Assembly: GCA_012840965.1 (NCBI GenBank)
Contig: DUVQ01000097.1
Location: forward strand, 5,045-69,044
Length of the DNA stretch: 64,000 nt
Source: Oligoflexales bacterium
GTDB lineage: Bacteria > Myxococcota_A > UBA9042 > DTJE01
Direction: 5' to 3'
The notes below the pieces were generated by a model, which worked only from the letters and a program-made list of their open reading frames with translations, did no database searches and was not told the DNA's origin. How positions within the stretch are numbered: the first letter of the stretch is position 1; each line of letters begins with the position of its first letter. Of the stretch, positions 9,478 to 19,261 are shown piece after piece. The translations under genes and the position numbers were made by a program.

Positions 9478-10101
9478 ATGATTAAGTTGGCACGAGTACT
9501 TTGGATAGTCCCAGTGCTGTTGATTGCCTGCAGCCAAGATAACATGGACGGTATCTCGGTTAATCAGCAAAACGAAGCGTTGGTACCTTTGACGCCGCTG
9601 GAATTGAATGAACACGCTGGGTTTGATGCGCTTGACAACTTTATTTTGGCCAATGGTGCCAATGAGCAGGCCATGCGGATCTACGAGGACATCTCGCGTT
9701 TGGCACCTGATAATCCCTTGGTTTTGATTAGAGCGGCCTATGCGGCGCTGATTATTGACCAGTCAGAAGTTGGACCGCGTCTTGCGGCAAGTATCATTGA
9801 AAAGCTTAAGGGGGAAAAGCTTAAGGGGCTTGCCGACGGTGCTTTGTCTGAAACGGCAAAACTGGACGTTATGTTTGTGGAATTGACTCTTGTGACGAAA
9901 GTTTCGACTACCAGTAGCGGTCAGCTTATGTTGGATAAGGTGTCGGCCCCGCTGGCAAAGCAGGTCCTGGAACGAAGCTCGGCTTTGGTGCAGGCGGAAA
10001 ACTGGGTTGGTCCCCACAAGGCAACTGTTCAAAATGCTAAGGATATGTTCGAAGCGCTGCAAAGCGCCTTGGATACTTTGGAATCGCGAGCTGCGGATTA
10101 A
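9478..10101 (+). CDS. hypothetical lipoprotein
   Basis: ORF 9445..10101. Internal M gives MIKLARVLWIVPVLLIAC|SQDN, a lipobox. No known domain. Confidence 0.4.
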   Translation: MIKLARVLWIVPVLLIACSQDNMDGISVNQQNEALVPLTPLELNEHAGFDALDNFILANGANEQAMRIYEDISRLAPDNPLVLIRAAYAALIIDQSEVGPRLAASIIEKLKGEKLKGLADGALSETAKLDVMFVELTLVTKVSTTSSGQLMLDKVSAPLAKQVLERSSALVQAENWVGPHKATVQNAKDMFEALQSALDTLESRAAD

Positions 10102-10104
10102 TAG

Positions 10105-11091
10105 ATGGCTGAAAAAGGTAAAAAGAAGGGCAGTTGGGTTTCAAAGATGGCCATTGGATTGGCCCTTGGGCTGCTGACTTTTTTGGCTCTTGGCTTGTGG
10201 GCTGACATCGACAAACTGGCCGAGGCATTTCAATCATTCGACCATCGTCTGCTGGTCCCAATTTTCCTTTTGTCTTTGGCCAATTACGGGATTCGCGCCT
10301 TAAGGTGGCATTACTATCTGAAGGTTGCTGGCCACCAGGTTCCCATTGGTATCTCGGTTGGGATTTTTGCTTCGGGATTGGCTATGTCAGTCACCCCTGG
10401 CAAGCTTGGCGAAGTGATAAAGGTCGGTCTTCTTGGACACAGAGTTCCTGGTCCTCGTGCGTTTTCCATTGTGGTTACGGAAAGACTGGCTGATTTGTTT
10501 GCAGTTTTGCTGTTGGCAGCCGGTGGGGTCGTTATTCTGAAGGCCAATACTGGGGTTTTAATCGGTGGCTTGGTTTTAACTGCCGGAATGTTTTTCCTGC
10601 TGGCGACTGGGCCAGGTTCTCGTTTGACCTTTAAAGCAGCCTCAATTTTGCTGAGGGGCAAGGTTTCAGTTGATTCTTCGGCTGAATCGTCAGCATTGGT
10701 GCGAAAGCTTTTGTCTGGCAAGGAGCTGGTAGTTGGTCTGGTATCAGGCTTGTTTGCTTGGTTTGCTGAAGCTGCAGGTTTGTGGCTTGTAGTGTCAGGA
10801 TTTGCTGGAGGCGAGCTTGAGTTAGCGCCAGCTGTGTTCATATACGCGGTCGGCACTTTAGCTGGGGCATTATCATTTTTGCCTGGTGGGTTAATAGCCA
10901 CTGAGGCAACGTTAGCGGTACTGCTGGTCAACACGGCATTTCCCGGGTTGACGGCCTCAGGCGCCGAGGCAGCCGCAGCCGCTTCCACATTGCTGATTCG
11001 GATTGCAACGCTATGGTTCGCGGTTTTAGTTGGAGTTGTGGGATTGTTTGTAATGGGCAAGGTTTTAGGACGGGAGCGGGCGCAGGGGTAG
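10105..11091 (+). CDS. UPF0104 / lysylphosphatidylglycerol-synthase-TM-region (flippase-like) membrane protein
   Basis: 328 aa, about 8 TM helices. Hallmark LANYGIRALRWHYYLKVAG segment near the N-terminus. Confidence 0.65.
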   Translation: MAEKGKKKGSWVSKMAIGLALGLLTFLALGLWADIDKLAEAFQSFDHRLLVPIFLLSLANYGIRALRWHYYLKVAGHQVPIGISVGIFASGLAMSVTPGKLGEVIKVGLLGHRVPGPRAFSIVVTERLADLFAVLLLAAGGVVILKANTGVLIGGLVLTAGMFFLLATGPGSRLTFKAASILLRGKVSVDSSAESSALVRKLLSGKELVVGLVSGLFAWFAEAAGLWLVVSGFAGGELELAPAVFIYAVGTLAGALSFLPGGLIATEATLAVLLVNTAFPGLTASGAEAAAAASTLLIRIATLWFAVLVGVVGLFVMGKVLGRERAQG

Positions 11092-11191
11092 GGCAGCGGC
11101 AGGGCCAGGGACAGGGGGCAGGGACAGGGGCGGGGACAGGGCCTGGGACAGGGGGCAGGGACAGGGGCGGGGACAGGGCCAGGGGCGGGGA
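11075..11191. repeat. (GGGRCA)n hexanucleotide array overlapping the stop of the upstream CDS
   Basis: gggcagcggcagggccagggacagggggcagggacaggggcggggacagggcc..., about 19 units. Confidence 0.85.
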
Positions 11192-11192
11192 C

Positions 11193-12239
11193 TCAGCTTT
11201 TCTTGTATCGTGTTGCTCTGCCTGAGCCAATCTTCATGATGGTGCCTGATTTAACCATTTTTCCCAAGACGGCTTCCACTGTTGTTGGACTGACATCTGG
11301 CAGTATGTCGCAGATTTCAGCCTTAGAAATCGGGGTCAGACTGTTCAGGACGGTGGCCTCAATTCGAGCCGTCTTAGAAACCTTTTTGCCATGAACAACG
11401 GCGAAACGTTTATCCAGCTCCTTGTAGCAAAGATATAGGGTAAATAAAAAGTTTTCTATGAACGGGAAGTAGCGGTTTTCATTGGCTTCCCATCCTCTGG
11501 AAGACTGCTGCAAGGCATCATAGTAGTACGCCTTGTGGTTGTTGATCTGCTGTTCAAAGGAGATGTATTTGCCTACGTCATACCCATTTTTGTACAGCAG
11601 CAAAAGGGAAAGCAGACGAGACAATCTTCCGTTTCCGTCTCGAAATGGATGAATACACAGAAAATCCAAAATCACGCAAGGAATAAGCAGAAGCTGATTA
11701 ATCTCGGCATCGTCCCGGGCTTCCATGTATGCAAGTGTCAGTTGCTCCATAGCATTGGCGGTCTGTGAAGCCGGAGTAGGGCGAAATCGCACCCTTCGAT
11801 GACCCAAAGGGTCCACCTCCAAAATCACGTTATCTTCCGTCTTGTACCGCCCACTAAACTCATAGCCAGCCAAAGACATCATCATTTCGTGCAGTCGCAA
11901 GATATCCGCCTGCACAAAATCCCAATCGGCATAGTTCATGTGCACTTCGTTTAGAGCGTTTCTGTAGCCAGCAATCTCCGCTTCATCGTGGTTTAAAGGG
12001 GCACTATTTTGATTAACGATTGCCACAATGCGTTCATCGCTAGTCACAATGCCCTCGATAGCATTCGAGCCTTTTACAGACTGGACCTTGGCAATACCCT
12101 CCAGTGCGCTGAAAATCTGCAAATGCTCAGCCTTACGAACCGCACCCATCGTTTTAAGCGAAGCAATATCAGATGTAAGACTCAAGATTCTAACAGGCAC
12201 CAACCCGCTTTTAAGAAAAGCATAATCAAACTTTCGCAT
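11193..12239 (-). CDS. Fic family protein (AMPylator-type) with C-terminal winged-helix
   Basis: Canonical Fic motif HPFRDGNGRLSRLL. 348 aa. Local GC is visibly lower than in the neighbours. Confidence 0.8.
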   Translation of the reverse strand: MRKFDYAFLKSGLVPVRILSLTSDIASLKTMGAVRKAEHLQIFSALEGIAKVQSVKGSNAIEGIVTSDERIVAIVNQNSAPLNHDEAEIAGYRNALNEVHMNYADWDFVQADILRLHEMMMSLAGYEFSGRYKTEDNVILEVDPLGHRRVRFRPTPASQTANAMEQLTLAYMEARDDAEINQLLLIPCVILDFLCIHPFRDGNGRLSRLLSLLLLYKNGYDVGKYISFEQQINNHKAYYYDALQQSSRGWEANENRYFPFIENFLFTLYLCYKELDKRFAVVHGKKVSKTARIEATVLNSLTPISKAEICDILPDVSPTTVEAVLGKMVKSGTIMKIGSGRATRYKKS

Positions 12240-12678
12240 AACACCCCTCTGTTACTGCACACAATGATCCATGTTTATATGCAGAAAAGCAAGAGAAAGA
12301 GGGTAATATATGCATATTATTTTGCAAAAATTATGCAAATAAATTCTAGCTAGGCGAGGTTTCAGGGCCCGCCGTGGGTATGCGAACCACTGACCTCGCC
12401 GCTCACATTCGAACAATTAGTCTCCAAACGATCACTGTACAATGAGTTTATTGGCAGGTGATCTGTAGGCACTCCATCCGCCAATGTCACATGGTCGAAT
12501 GCTACGGACGGACCACCAATAAGTCCCGGCAGGCAGATTTCTGGTGGCTTGAGTAACTCCGTTTTGAGGCTCAATTATCGCCACGCAATCCTGTAGGTTG
12601 GACGTTTTACATATGGCGAGGGCATATCGACCCGCAAGATACACAGGCCCCCAGCTGAACGTTATGTTGCCAGGTGAT

Positions 12679-15600
12679 TTACGAGAGCGGGCGGCGCCGA
12701 TCACGTAGCCACAGAAGGATTGCGAGTGTTAGCAGCACGAGTGCTAGGCCGGACGCGGCTCCTTCTTGTGTTGCGCTGCAGCCGCCGCTCTTCAAGTCTT
12801 CGTTGCCTTCCGGACTGTTGTCGAAACCGAAGACATCGGTGGCCCCATCGGGTGCAGACTTGACTTCGGAGGAGAAGTCGCTTGAGTCCGCCTCGACGGT
12901 TTCCTCCGCGTCGTTCTGCGGTTCTGCATCGTCGGGGCTCTCACCTGCCTGGTCACCCGGGACAGATTCTTCGCTTTGGTCGGGCAGTGGTTCTACGGTG
13001 TCTTCTACGCAGGTGTCCCCATCCGCATGGGTGCCTTGGCCACAGCACCCGAAACCGTCCACGCAACCGCGTTGGCAGAATTCGGTCTGCGTGACAGCCC
13101 CACAAGAGTCTAGGTACACGAGATCGTCACCATCACAGACCGTCGGGAATCGTGGTTCGACGCACTCGCACCAACCCCGGTTGGGCCAGCAAACACTCAC
13201 CGCGTCAAGTTCGTCCGTGCAGGTCGCGTTGGACGGGCACACCCCTGCTGTGCATACAGGCAGGCAGTAGGTGTCAGCACCAACAGGTAGGCACTTAGCA
13301 TCGTCTGTTCCACAGTCTTCGTCGATGGCGCATGGCAGGCAGAGGAGCTGTTCGCAGGTACCCGCCTTACACACCTCGAAGTCCGGACATGCGTGGGTTT
13401 CCGAACAGCAGTCTGGAATGAGTGTGGTCCAACACCCGATACCCGGGTCGCATTTGTCCACCGTACACTCGTCCGAGTCGTCGCAGGTGATGGCGGTTGA
13501 GACACACTTGCCATCGGAACATGCATCGCTTGTGCAGGCGTTTCCGTCATCGCAGGCGAGGGAGTTAGCCTCGTAGACGCACCCCGTTGTCGAATCGCAC
13601 CAGTCCGTCGTGCAGATGTTATTGTCATCACAGTCCAGAACTCCAACGCCAAGGCAGACACCTGTGTTGCAGGTATCTTCGGTGGTACATGCATTGCCAT
13701 CGTCACACGGCAGCGTATTCGCGATATGTTGGCAGCCGCTTTCTGGTGAGCACGAGTCGTTGGTGCAAGGATTCTGGTCGTCGCAGTCCATAGTGGAGCC
13801 AGCTAGACAAACGCCCGCAAGGCAGATGTCATCTATGGTGCAGGGATTTCCATCATCACATGCGGAGCCGGTGTCCGGCAGATATGCGCATGTGCCATCG
13901 CCGTTGCAAGTTGACCCAACGGTGGTCTCACAGAGCCCCGGTGCGTCGCATCTGTAGCTGATGCCGGTACATGTTTTATCTGCCCTGCACCGGTCAGTCT
14001 TTGTGCAAGGATTCCCGTCGTCGCAGGCCAGGCCGGTGGCTGGTGGGTATGCGCATGTGCCATCTCCGTTACAGGTTGCACCAACGGTAGTCTCGCAGAA
14101 CCCGGGTGCGTCGCATGTGTATGTGACTCCAGCGCACGTCTTGTCAGCCCTACACCGGTCAGTCTTTGTGCAAGGATTCCCGTCGTCGCAGGCTAGGCCG
14201 GTGGCTGGTGGGTATGCGCATGTGCCATCTCCGTTACAGGTTGCACCAACGGTAGTCTCGCAGAACCCGGGTGCGTCGCATGTGTATGTGACTCCAGCGC
14301 ACGTCTTGTCAGCCCTACACTGGTCAGTCTTTGTGCAAGGATTCCCGTCGTCGCAGGCCAGGCCGGTGGCTGGTGGGTATGTGCATGTACCATCTCCGTT
14401 ACAGGTAGCACCAACAGTAGTCTCGCAGAACCCGGGTGTGTGGCATGTGTAAGTTACACCAGCGCACGTCTTGTCAGCCCTACACCGGTCAGTCTTTGTG
14501 CAAGGATCCCCGTCGTCGCAGGCGGAGCCAGTTGCAGGTAGGTATGTGCATGTACCATCTCCGTTACAGGTTGCACCAACAGCAGTCTCACAGAGTCCCG
14601 GTGAGTCACACGTGTAAGTTACACCGGCGCACGTTTTGTCAGCTCTACACTGGTCAGTCTTTGTGCAAGGATTCCCGTCGTCGCAGGCGGTGCCGGTGGC
14701 TGGTGGGTAGGAACATGTGCCATCACCGTTGCAAGTTGCTCCGTCGGTAGTCTCGCAGAACCCCGGTGAGTCACATGTATAGGTAACACCGACACAAGTT
14801 TTGTCAGCTCTGCACTGCTCCGCCATTGTGCAAGGATCTCCGTCGTCACATTCGGAACCGGTGTCTGGTAGGTAGGAACATGTGCCATCGCCGTTACAGG
14901 TTGCACCAACACTAGTCTCGCAGAGTCCCGGTGAGTCACACGTGTAAGTTGCACCAGCGCACGTCTTATCAGCCCTACACTGGTCAGTCTTTGTACAAGG
15001 ATTCCCGTCGTCGCAGGCGGTGCCGGTGGCTGGTGGGTAGGAACATGTGCCATCACCGTTGCAAGTGGCTCCGTCGGTGGTCTCGCAGAACCCCGGTGCT
15101 TCACATCTGTAGGATACACCAGCACACGTTTTGTCGGCCCGACAGTGGTCCGTAGTTGTACAAGGATCACCGTCGTCGCACGCAGTGCCGGTGTCTGGTT
15201 GGTACGCACATGTGCCATCGCCGTTGCAAGTGGCTCCAACATTCGTCTCGCATGGCCCCGGAGCGTCACATGTGTAGGTTAGCCCAGCGCACGTCTTGTC
15301 GGCCCTGCAGTGGTCTGTCATGGTGCAGGGATCGCCGTCGTTGCAGGCGGAGCCGGTTGCAGGTGGGTACAGGCATGTGCCATCCCCGTTGCATGTCGCA
15401 CCAATGGTAGTTTCACACTGTCCCGGTGAATCGCAGGCGAACGGAGTTCCGGAGCAGTATCCAACAATGCATGTGTCAGCCAATGTGCAATCATCACCGT
15501 CATTACAAGGTTCACCAACAATGCAGTCCTGAAACTGCTGATAGATGACTTTACCGACAGAGGTATTGTCTAACTGATCTCGGATCACACCATCAATCAG

Positions 15601-18600
15601 CGTGGTATCTGCGTACCCCCACCAGCAATTCAGAGCCATGATGTCCGCCGTGGAGTCGTTGTAGACCGCCCAGTTGTTGGATCCGACCTGATGGCCAATG
15701 AAACGGTTATTACCTATCGACCCATGATTACCGCCGCCAAGGTCGACGGTCGCCCCGGCGGATACTCTAATTGCGTCGTCGCAGTTCCTAAAATCGGTGT
15801 TCTGAATAAGAACTCCAGCAGACGTCTCGCTTCGGACGACGTAGTCAAATGTGGTGTTATTGGGCGACGGTTTGGTGTCTGTACCGCCCTGGCCGCCGTA
15901 GCTGAAGACGACGCCGTCAAACTTGGAGGCCGGCTGGGCTGTATTCTCAGCGATACGAATGCCTCCCCAGTCTCCGGCTGCAGGAATGGTTCCAACACCA
16001 TCCCGATTAGAATCGCCACCAACGGAATCGTCTCGGGCCGACGTGAACACAACAGGCAGGTTCGGATCGCCACCCACCACGATTCTACCACGGACGTCCA
16101 TATCCGCGTATTTGTAGGCAAACTTCAGCGCCACCCCGGGATTGATTCTCAAAGTTGTACCGGCGGCAACTGTAACGTCCCAGTCGATCCAGTACGGATA
16201 GCCGACTATGTCTAAAAGAACATCAGAAGACCAAGTACCTGTTATCAAAGCCTGGGCGTCAATACGATTGTTCTGAAAGACGACGTCATTAAAGACTGGG
16301 TTAGCATTTGGATGGATCACGATAGGATAGCCCCAGGTCGGCTCGTCTGGGTATGGGTCAGGATCATCATCATCCTCTCCACCGTAGGCAACCACAACGT
16401 GATGTAGTTCGGAGTTTCCCAACTCGGCATTAGGGGCGAAATAGATCCCGCCCCAGTCCTGAGCCTTGGGTGAGGTTGCTCCATCTGCATTGTTGTCACC
16501 ACCTCTTGAGTCGTCTCTGTGGGAAGTAAAGACTACCGGGTTGTCGGGGGTTCCGTTGGCAAGCAGGCGACCATTTACGTTGACCTCAGCGTATCGTCGT
16601 CCAAACTTGAGTATGACACCTGCGTCGATAGTCGCAGTATTTGCAGCACTGATGGTAATGTCATTCGAAACCCAGTAAGGATAACCGGCCAAGTCAAGGT
16701 GGACATCAGAAGACCATGTGCCGACCGTGATGGCCTGAGCGTTGATGCGGTTCTTCTCAAACACCACGTTGTCAAAGATAGGGTTTTCATAGGCGTGAAT
16801 GAGAATCGGGTAACCGATGGTCGGTTCGTCAGGATAAGGGGCGGGGTCATCAGCATCTTGGCCTGCATAGGCAATAATTACGTTGTGTAGTTCCGACTGC
16901 GGTAGGGACGTGTTGTTTGCAAAGTAGATTCCACCCCAGTCTTTCGGCTGCGGGGAGGTTAAACCATCACGATTGGTATCACCACCTCTTGCGTCGTCTT
17001 TGGAGGAAGTAAAGATCACCGGACTATCGGAGGTACCGTTTGCAATCAGTCGTCCCTCAACGTTTATCTCGGCGTATTGACGTCCAAACTTGAGTATGAC
17101 GCCCGGGTCAATGGTTGTTGTATTTGCAGCACTGATGGTAATGTCATTCGAAACCCAGTAAGGATAACCGGCCAAGTCAAGGTGGACATCAGAAGACCAT
17201 GTGCCGACCGTGATGGCCTGAGCGTCGATGCGGTTCTTCTCGAACACCACGTTGTCAAAGACAGGGTTTTCATAGGCGTGAATGAGAATCGGGTAACCGA
17301 TGGTCGGATCGTCAGGATGGGGGGCGGTGTCATCAGCATCTTGGCCTGCATAGGCAATAATTACGTTGTGCAGTTCCGACTGAGGTAGCGATGTGTTGTT
17401 TGCGAAGTATATGCCGCCCCAGTCTTTGGGTTGCGGGGACGTGGCACCATCCGCATTGTTGTCACCACCTCTTGCGTCGTCTTTGGAGGAAGTAAAGATC
17501 ACCGGACTATCGGAGGTACCGTTCGCAATCAGTCGTCCCTCAACGTTTATCTCGGCGTATTGACGTCCAAACTTGAGTATGACGCCCGGGTCAATGGTCG
17601 TTGTATTTGCAGCACTGATGGTAATGTCATTCGAAACCCAGTAAGGATAACCGGCTAAGTCAAGGTGAACATCAGAAGACCAAGTGCCGACCGTGATGGC
17701 CTGAGCGTCGATGCGGTTCTTTTCGAACACCACGTTGTCAAAAACAGGGTTTTCATAGGCGTGAATGAGAATCGGGTAACCGATGGTCGGATCGTCAGGA
17801 TGGGGGGCGGTATCATCAGCATCTTGGCCTGCATAGGCAATAATTACGTTGTGCAGTTCCGACTGAGGTAGCGATGTGTTGTTTGCGAAGTATATGCCGC
17901 CCCAGTCTTTGGGTTGTGGCGAAGTCGAACCATCGTTGTTGGAATCGCCCGCTCTTGAGTCATCTTTGGCTGACGTGAAGATAACCGGCTGAGAGGGGGT
18001 GCCTTGGGCTACAAGTCTTCCATAAACATCGATCTCAGAGTATTTGTAAGCGAACTTCAACACAACGTCGCGCTCGATTACCAGGGTCACTGCTTCGGGT
18101 ATCTTGACATCGTTCTCCCACCAATACGCGATTCCAGGTGCTGACGGGATTCGCGCATTGCCCGAGATGGTCTCTGGAAGAGCGATTCCGTTCATCACGT
18201 TGTTCACAAAATACAATTGGTTGAAGATACGTTGGTTCGTGAGGCCAATCGGATTGAGATAGATGGGGGCCTTGTTGACACCCCCACCGTATCTGAACTC
18301 GGTATGCGTGATTGAACTGTTCGCCGCAGTTGCGTTTAACACGAGACTGCCCCAGCTGCCTGACGCTGTCCCAGACGCAGAAGTGAACACGATTGGAAGT
18401 TCCTCGGAGCCATTTGCCTGGATACTTCCTCCGGTGTTAACAGTGATGGTAGTGGAGCTCCCGCTGACTTGAACCAGAACACCGGGCTCGATAGTCAGTG
18501 GCGCGGTTACGTTTAGGTTGCAGGAAACCAACACAGGGCTGTCAGAAAGCCTCCAAGTAGTTGGAGAACCAAGCGCACCGCAAACTGTCGTTACCGGTGG

Positions 18601-18933
18601 GTCCGATTCTACGCAGGCCCCTGATCTGCAGACTTGGGTGCCTGAACAGTGACCGCAGGAGCCACCACAGCCGTCGCTCCCACAACTGATACCAGTACAG
18701 TCGGGGACGCAATCCCCTTTTGGGCTTTGCTCGCTGGGGTTATGTGCATCAATGGGAACCCCAGTTGTACTACCAATTGGCTCTGTTGGAGGTCTAAAGT
18801 CTTCGGTCCGCTCCTCAGCGCCAGCCGCAGCTGCAGCTTCAACAGAGACAACCTCCTGCTCAAGTCCATCTCTGCATCCAACGCAAAAAACAAACACCGC
18901 TGCGATAGTTACAGCCAACCACTTCTCGGTCAT
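12679..18933 (-). CDS. giant secreted multi-repeat surface lipoprotein with MYXO-CTERM-like sorting signal
   Basis: About 2,085 aa. Probable start M6 (MTEKWLAVTIAAVFVFCVGC, lipobox) with GGAGA 5 nt upstream. Contains 161-aa beta-helix-like repeats, 55-aa Cys-rich repeats and CDDGN-type Cys repeats. C-terminus GGCSA plus TM plus RDRRR. Confidence 0.75.
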   Translation of the reverse strand: MTEKWLAVTIAAVFVFCVGCRDGLEQEVVSVEAAAAAGAEERTEDFRPPTEPIGSTTGVPIDAHNPSEQSPKGDCVPDCTGISCGSDGCGGSCGHCSGTQVCRSGACVESDPPVTTVCGALGSPTTWRLSDSPVLVSCNLNVTAPLTIEPGVLVQVSGSSTTITVNTGGSIQANGSEELPIVFTSASGTASGSWGSLVLNATAANSSITHTEFRYGGGVNKAPIYLNPIGLTNQRIFNQLYFVNNVMNGIALPETISGNARIPSAPGIAYWWENDVKIPEAVTLVIERDVVLKFAYKYSEIDVYGRLVAQGTPSQPVIFTSAKDDSRAGDSNNDGSTSPQPKDWGGIYFANNTSLPQSELHNVIIAYAGQDADDTAPHPDDPTIGYPILIHAYENPVFDNVVFEKNRIDAQAITVGTWSSDVHLDLAGYPYWVSNDITISAANTTTIDPGVILKFGRQYAEINVEGRLIANGTSDSPVIFTSSKDDARGGDNNADGATSPQPKDWGGIYFANNTSLPQSELHNVIIAYAGQDADDTAPHPDDPTIGYPILIHAYENPVFDNVVFEKNRIDAQAITVGTWSSDVHLDLAGYPYWVSNDITISAANTTTIDPGVILKFGRQYAEINVEGRLIANGTSDSPVIFTSSKDDARGGDTNRDGLTSPQPKDWGGIYFANNTSLPQSELHNVIIAYAGQDADDPAPYPDEPTIGYPILIHAYENPIFDNVVFEKNRINAQAITVGTWSSDVHLDLAGYPYWVSNDITISAANTATIDAGVILKFGRRYAEVNVNGRLLANGTPDNPVVFTSHRDDSRGGDNNADGATSPKAQDWGGIYFAPNAELGNSELHHVVVAYGGEDDDDPDPYPDEPTWGYPIVIHPNANPVFNDVVFQNNRIDAQALITGTWSSDVLLDIVGYPYWIDWDVTVAAGTTLRINPGVALKFAYKYADMDVRGRIVVGGDPNLPVVFTSARDDSVGGDSNRDGVGTIPAAGDWGGIRIAENTAQPASKFDGVVFSYGGQGGTDTKPSPNNTTFDYVVRSETSAGVLIQNTDFRNCDDAIRVSAGATVDLGGGNHGSIGNNRFIGHQVGSNNWAVYNDSTADIMALNCWWGYADTTLIDGVIRDQLDNTSVGKVIYQQFQDCIVGEPCNDGDDCTLADTCIVGYCSGTPFACDSPGQCETTIGATCNGDGTCLYPPATGSACNDGDPCTMTDHCRADKTCAGLTYTCDAPGPCETNVGATCNGDGTCAYQPDTGTACDDGDPCTTTDHCRADKTCAGVSYRCEAPGFCETTDGATCNGDGTCSYPPATGTACDDGNPCTKTDQCRADKTCAGATYTCDSPGLCETSVGATCNGDGTCSYLPDTGSECDDGDPCTMAEQCRADKTCVGVTYTCDSPGFCETTDGATCNGDGTCSYPPATGTACDDGNPCTKTDQCRADKTCAGVTYTCDSPGLCETAVGATCNGDGTCTYLPATGSACDDGDPCTKTDRCRADKTCAGVTYTCHTPGFCETTVGATCNGDGTCTYPPATGLACDDGNPCTKTDQCRADKTCAGVTYTCDAPGFCETTVGATCNGDGTCAYPPATGLACDDGNPCTKTDRCRADKTCAGVTYTCDAPGFCETTVGATCNGDGTCAYPPATGLACDDGNPCTKTDRCRADKTCTGISYRCDAPGLCETTVGSTCNGDGTCAYLPDTGSACDDGNPCTIDDICLAGVCLAGSTMDCDDQNPCTNDSCSPESGCQHIANTLPCDDGNACTTEDTCNTGVCLGVGVLDCDDNNICTTDWCDSTTGCVYEANSLACDDGNACTSDACSDGKCVSTAITCDDSDECTVDKCDPGIGCWTTLIPDCCSETHACPDFEVCKAGTCEQLLCLPCAIDEDCGTDDAKCLPVGADTYCLPVCTAGVCPSNATCTDELDAVSVCWPNRGWCECVEPRFPTVCDGDDLVYLDSCGAVTQTEFCQRGCVDGFGCCGQGTHADGDTCVEDTVEPLPDQSEESVPGDQAGESPDDAEPQNDAEETVEADSSDFSSEVKSAPDGATDVFGFDNSPEGNEDLKSGGCSATQEGAASGLALVLLTLAILLWLRDRRRPLS
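13650..15450. repeat. 165-bp tandem coding repeats (~11 copies) encoding 55-aa Cys-rich modules
   Basis: Protein repeat TYTCDAPGFCETTVGATCNGDGTCAYPPATGLACDDGNPCTKTDRCRADKTCAGV. Off-frame ORFs in the track show the same periodicity. Confidence 0.8.
15600..18050. repeat. 483-bp tandem coding repeats (3 near-identical plus 2 diverged copies) encoding 161-aa beta-helix-like units
   Basis: Protein unit PVIFTSSKDDARGGDNNADGATSPQPKDWGGIYFANNTSLPQSELHNVIIAYAGQDADD...GVILKFGRQYAEINVEGRLIANGTSDS. Shadow ORFs at 16575, 17064 and 17655 are spaced exactly 483 bp apart. Confidence 0.8.
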
Positions 18934-18960
18934 GGGATTCTCCATCAACGAAGTGGTCGG

Positions 18961-18989
18961 ATGATACTGCTACAAATTTTTTGTGTAAA
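18961..18989 (-). promoter_or_regulatory. candidate sigma70-type promoter for the giant lipoprotein gene
   Basis: Minus-strand TTTACA (18989..18984), 17-bp spacer, TATCAT (18966..18961), about 30 nt upstream of the ATG at 18933. Confidence 0.35.
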
Positions 18990-19115
18990 CCAAAAAATAG
19001 TATCTAGGCTCCTATTGAGTTACAGAATTAACTTTTAGGTTTCACTCGGTGGTAACGCCAAAAAACTAACGGACAAGGAAAGGCTGAATTGCTAGAAATA
19101 ACTGCTTCTTGAATT

Positions 19116-19191
19116 GGTAGCGGGGAGAGGATTCGAACCTCTGACCTTCGGGTTATGAGCCCGACGAGCTTCCGGACTGCTCCACCCCGCA
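19116..19191 (-). tRNA. initiator tRNA-fMet (CAU)
   Basis: Reverse complement GCGGGGTGGAGCAGTCCGGAAGCTCGTCGGGCTCATAACCCGAAGGTCAGAGGTTCGAATCCTCTCCCCGCTACCA. Three consecutive G:C pairs closing the anticodon stem (GGG/CCC), unpaired 1:72, encoded CCA. Confidence 0.8.
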
Positions 19192-19261
19192 GTCGAACGG
19201 CTGGCAATGTGCCACATGGGAAGGGGATTGTCAAGCCAATTTGCCAGGATGGGGGACAAAA

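Noticed and set aside
12432-12704. 90-aa minus-strand ORF (…AGTYWWSVRSIRPCDIGGWSAYRSP…) between fic and the giant gene
   Set aside because: It has no convincing start or RBS and overlaps the 3' end of the giant gene. It could be a gene remnant, but the evidence is insufficient to call a CDS or pseudogene.
13961-15410. Long antisense or off-frame ORFs inside the giant repeat genes (e.g. 13961..14452, 14619..15269, 50069..50722, 54357..55001, 60249..60860)
   Set aside because: Their periodic, near-identical translations simply mirror the tandem coding repeats of the sense genes (high GC and few stops). They have no independent start or RBS.
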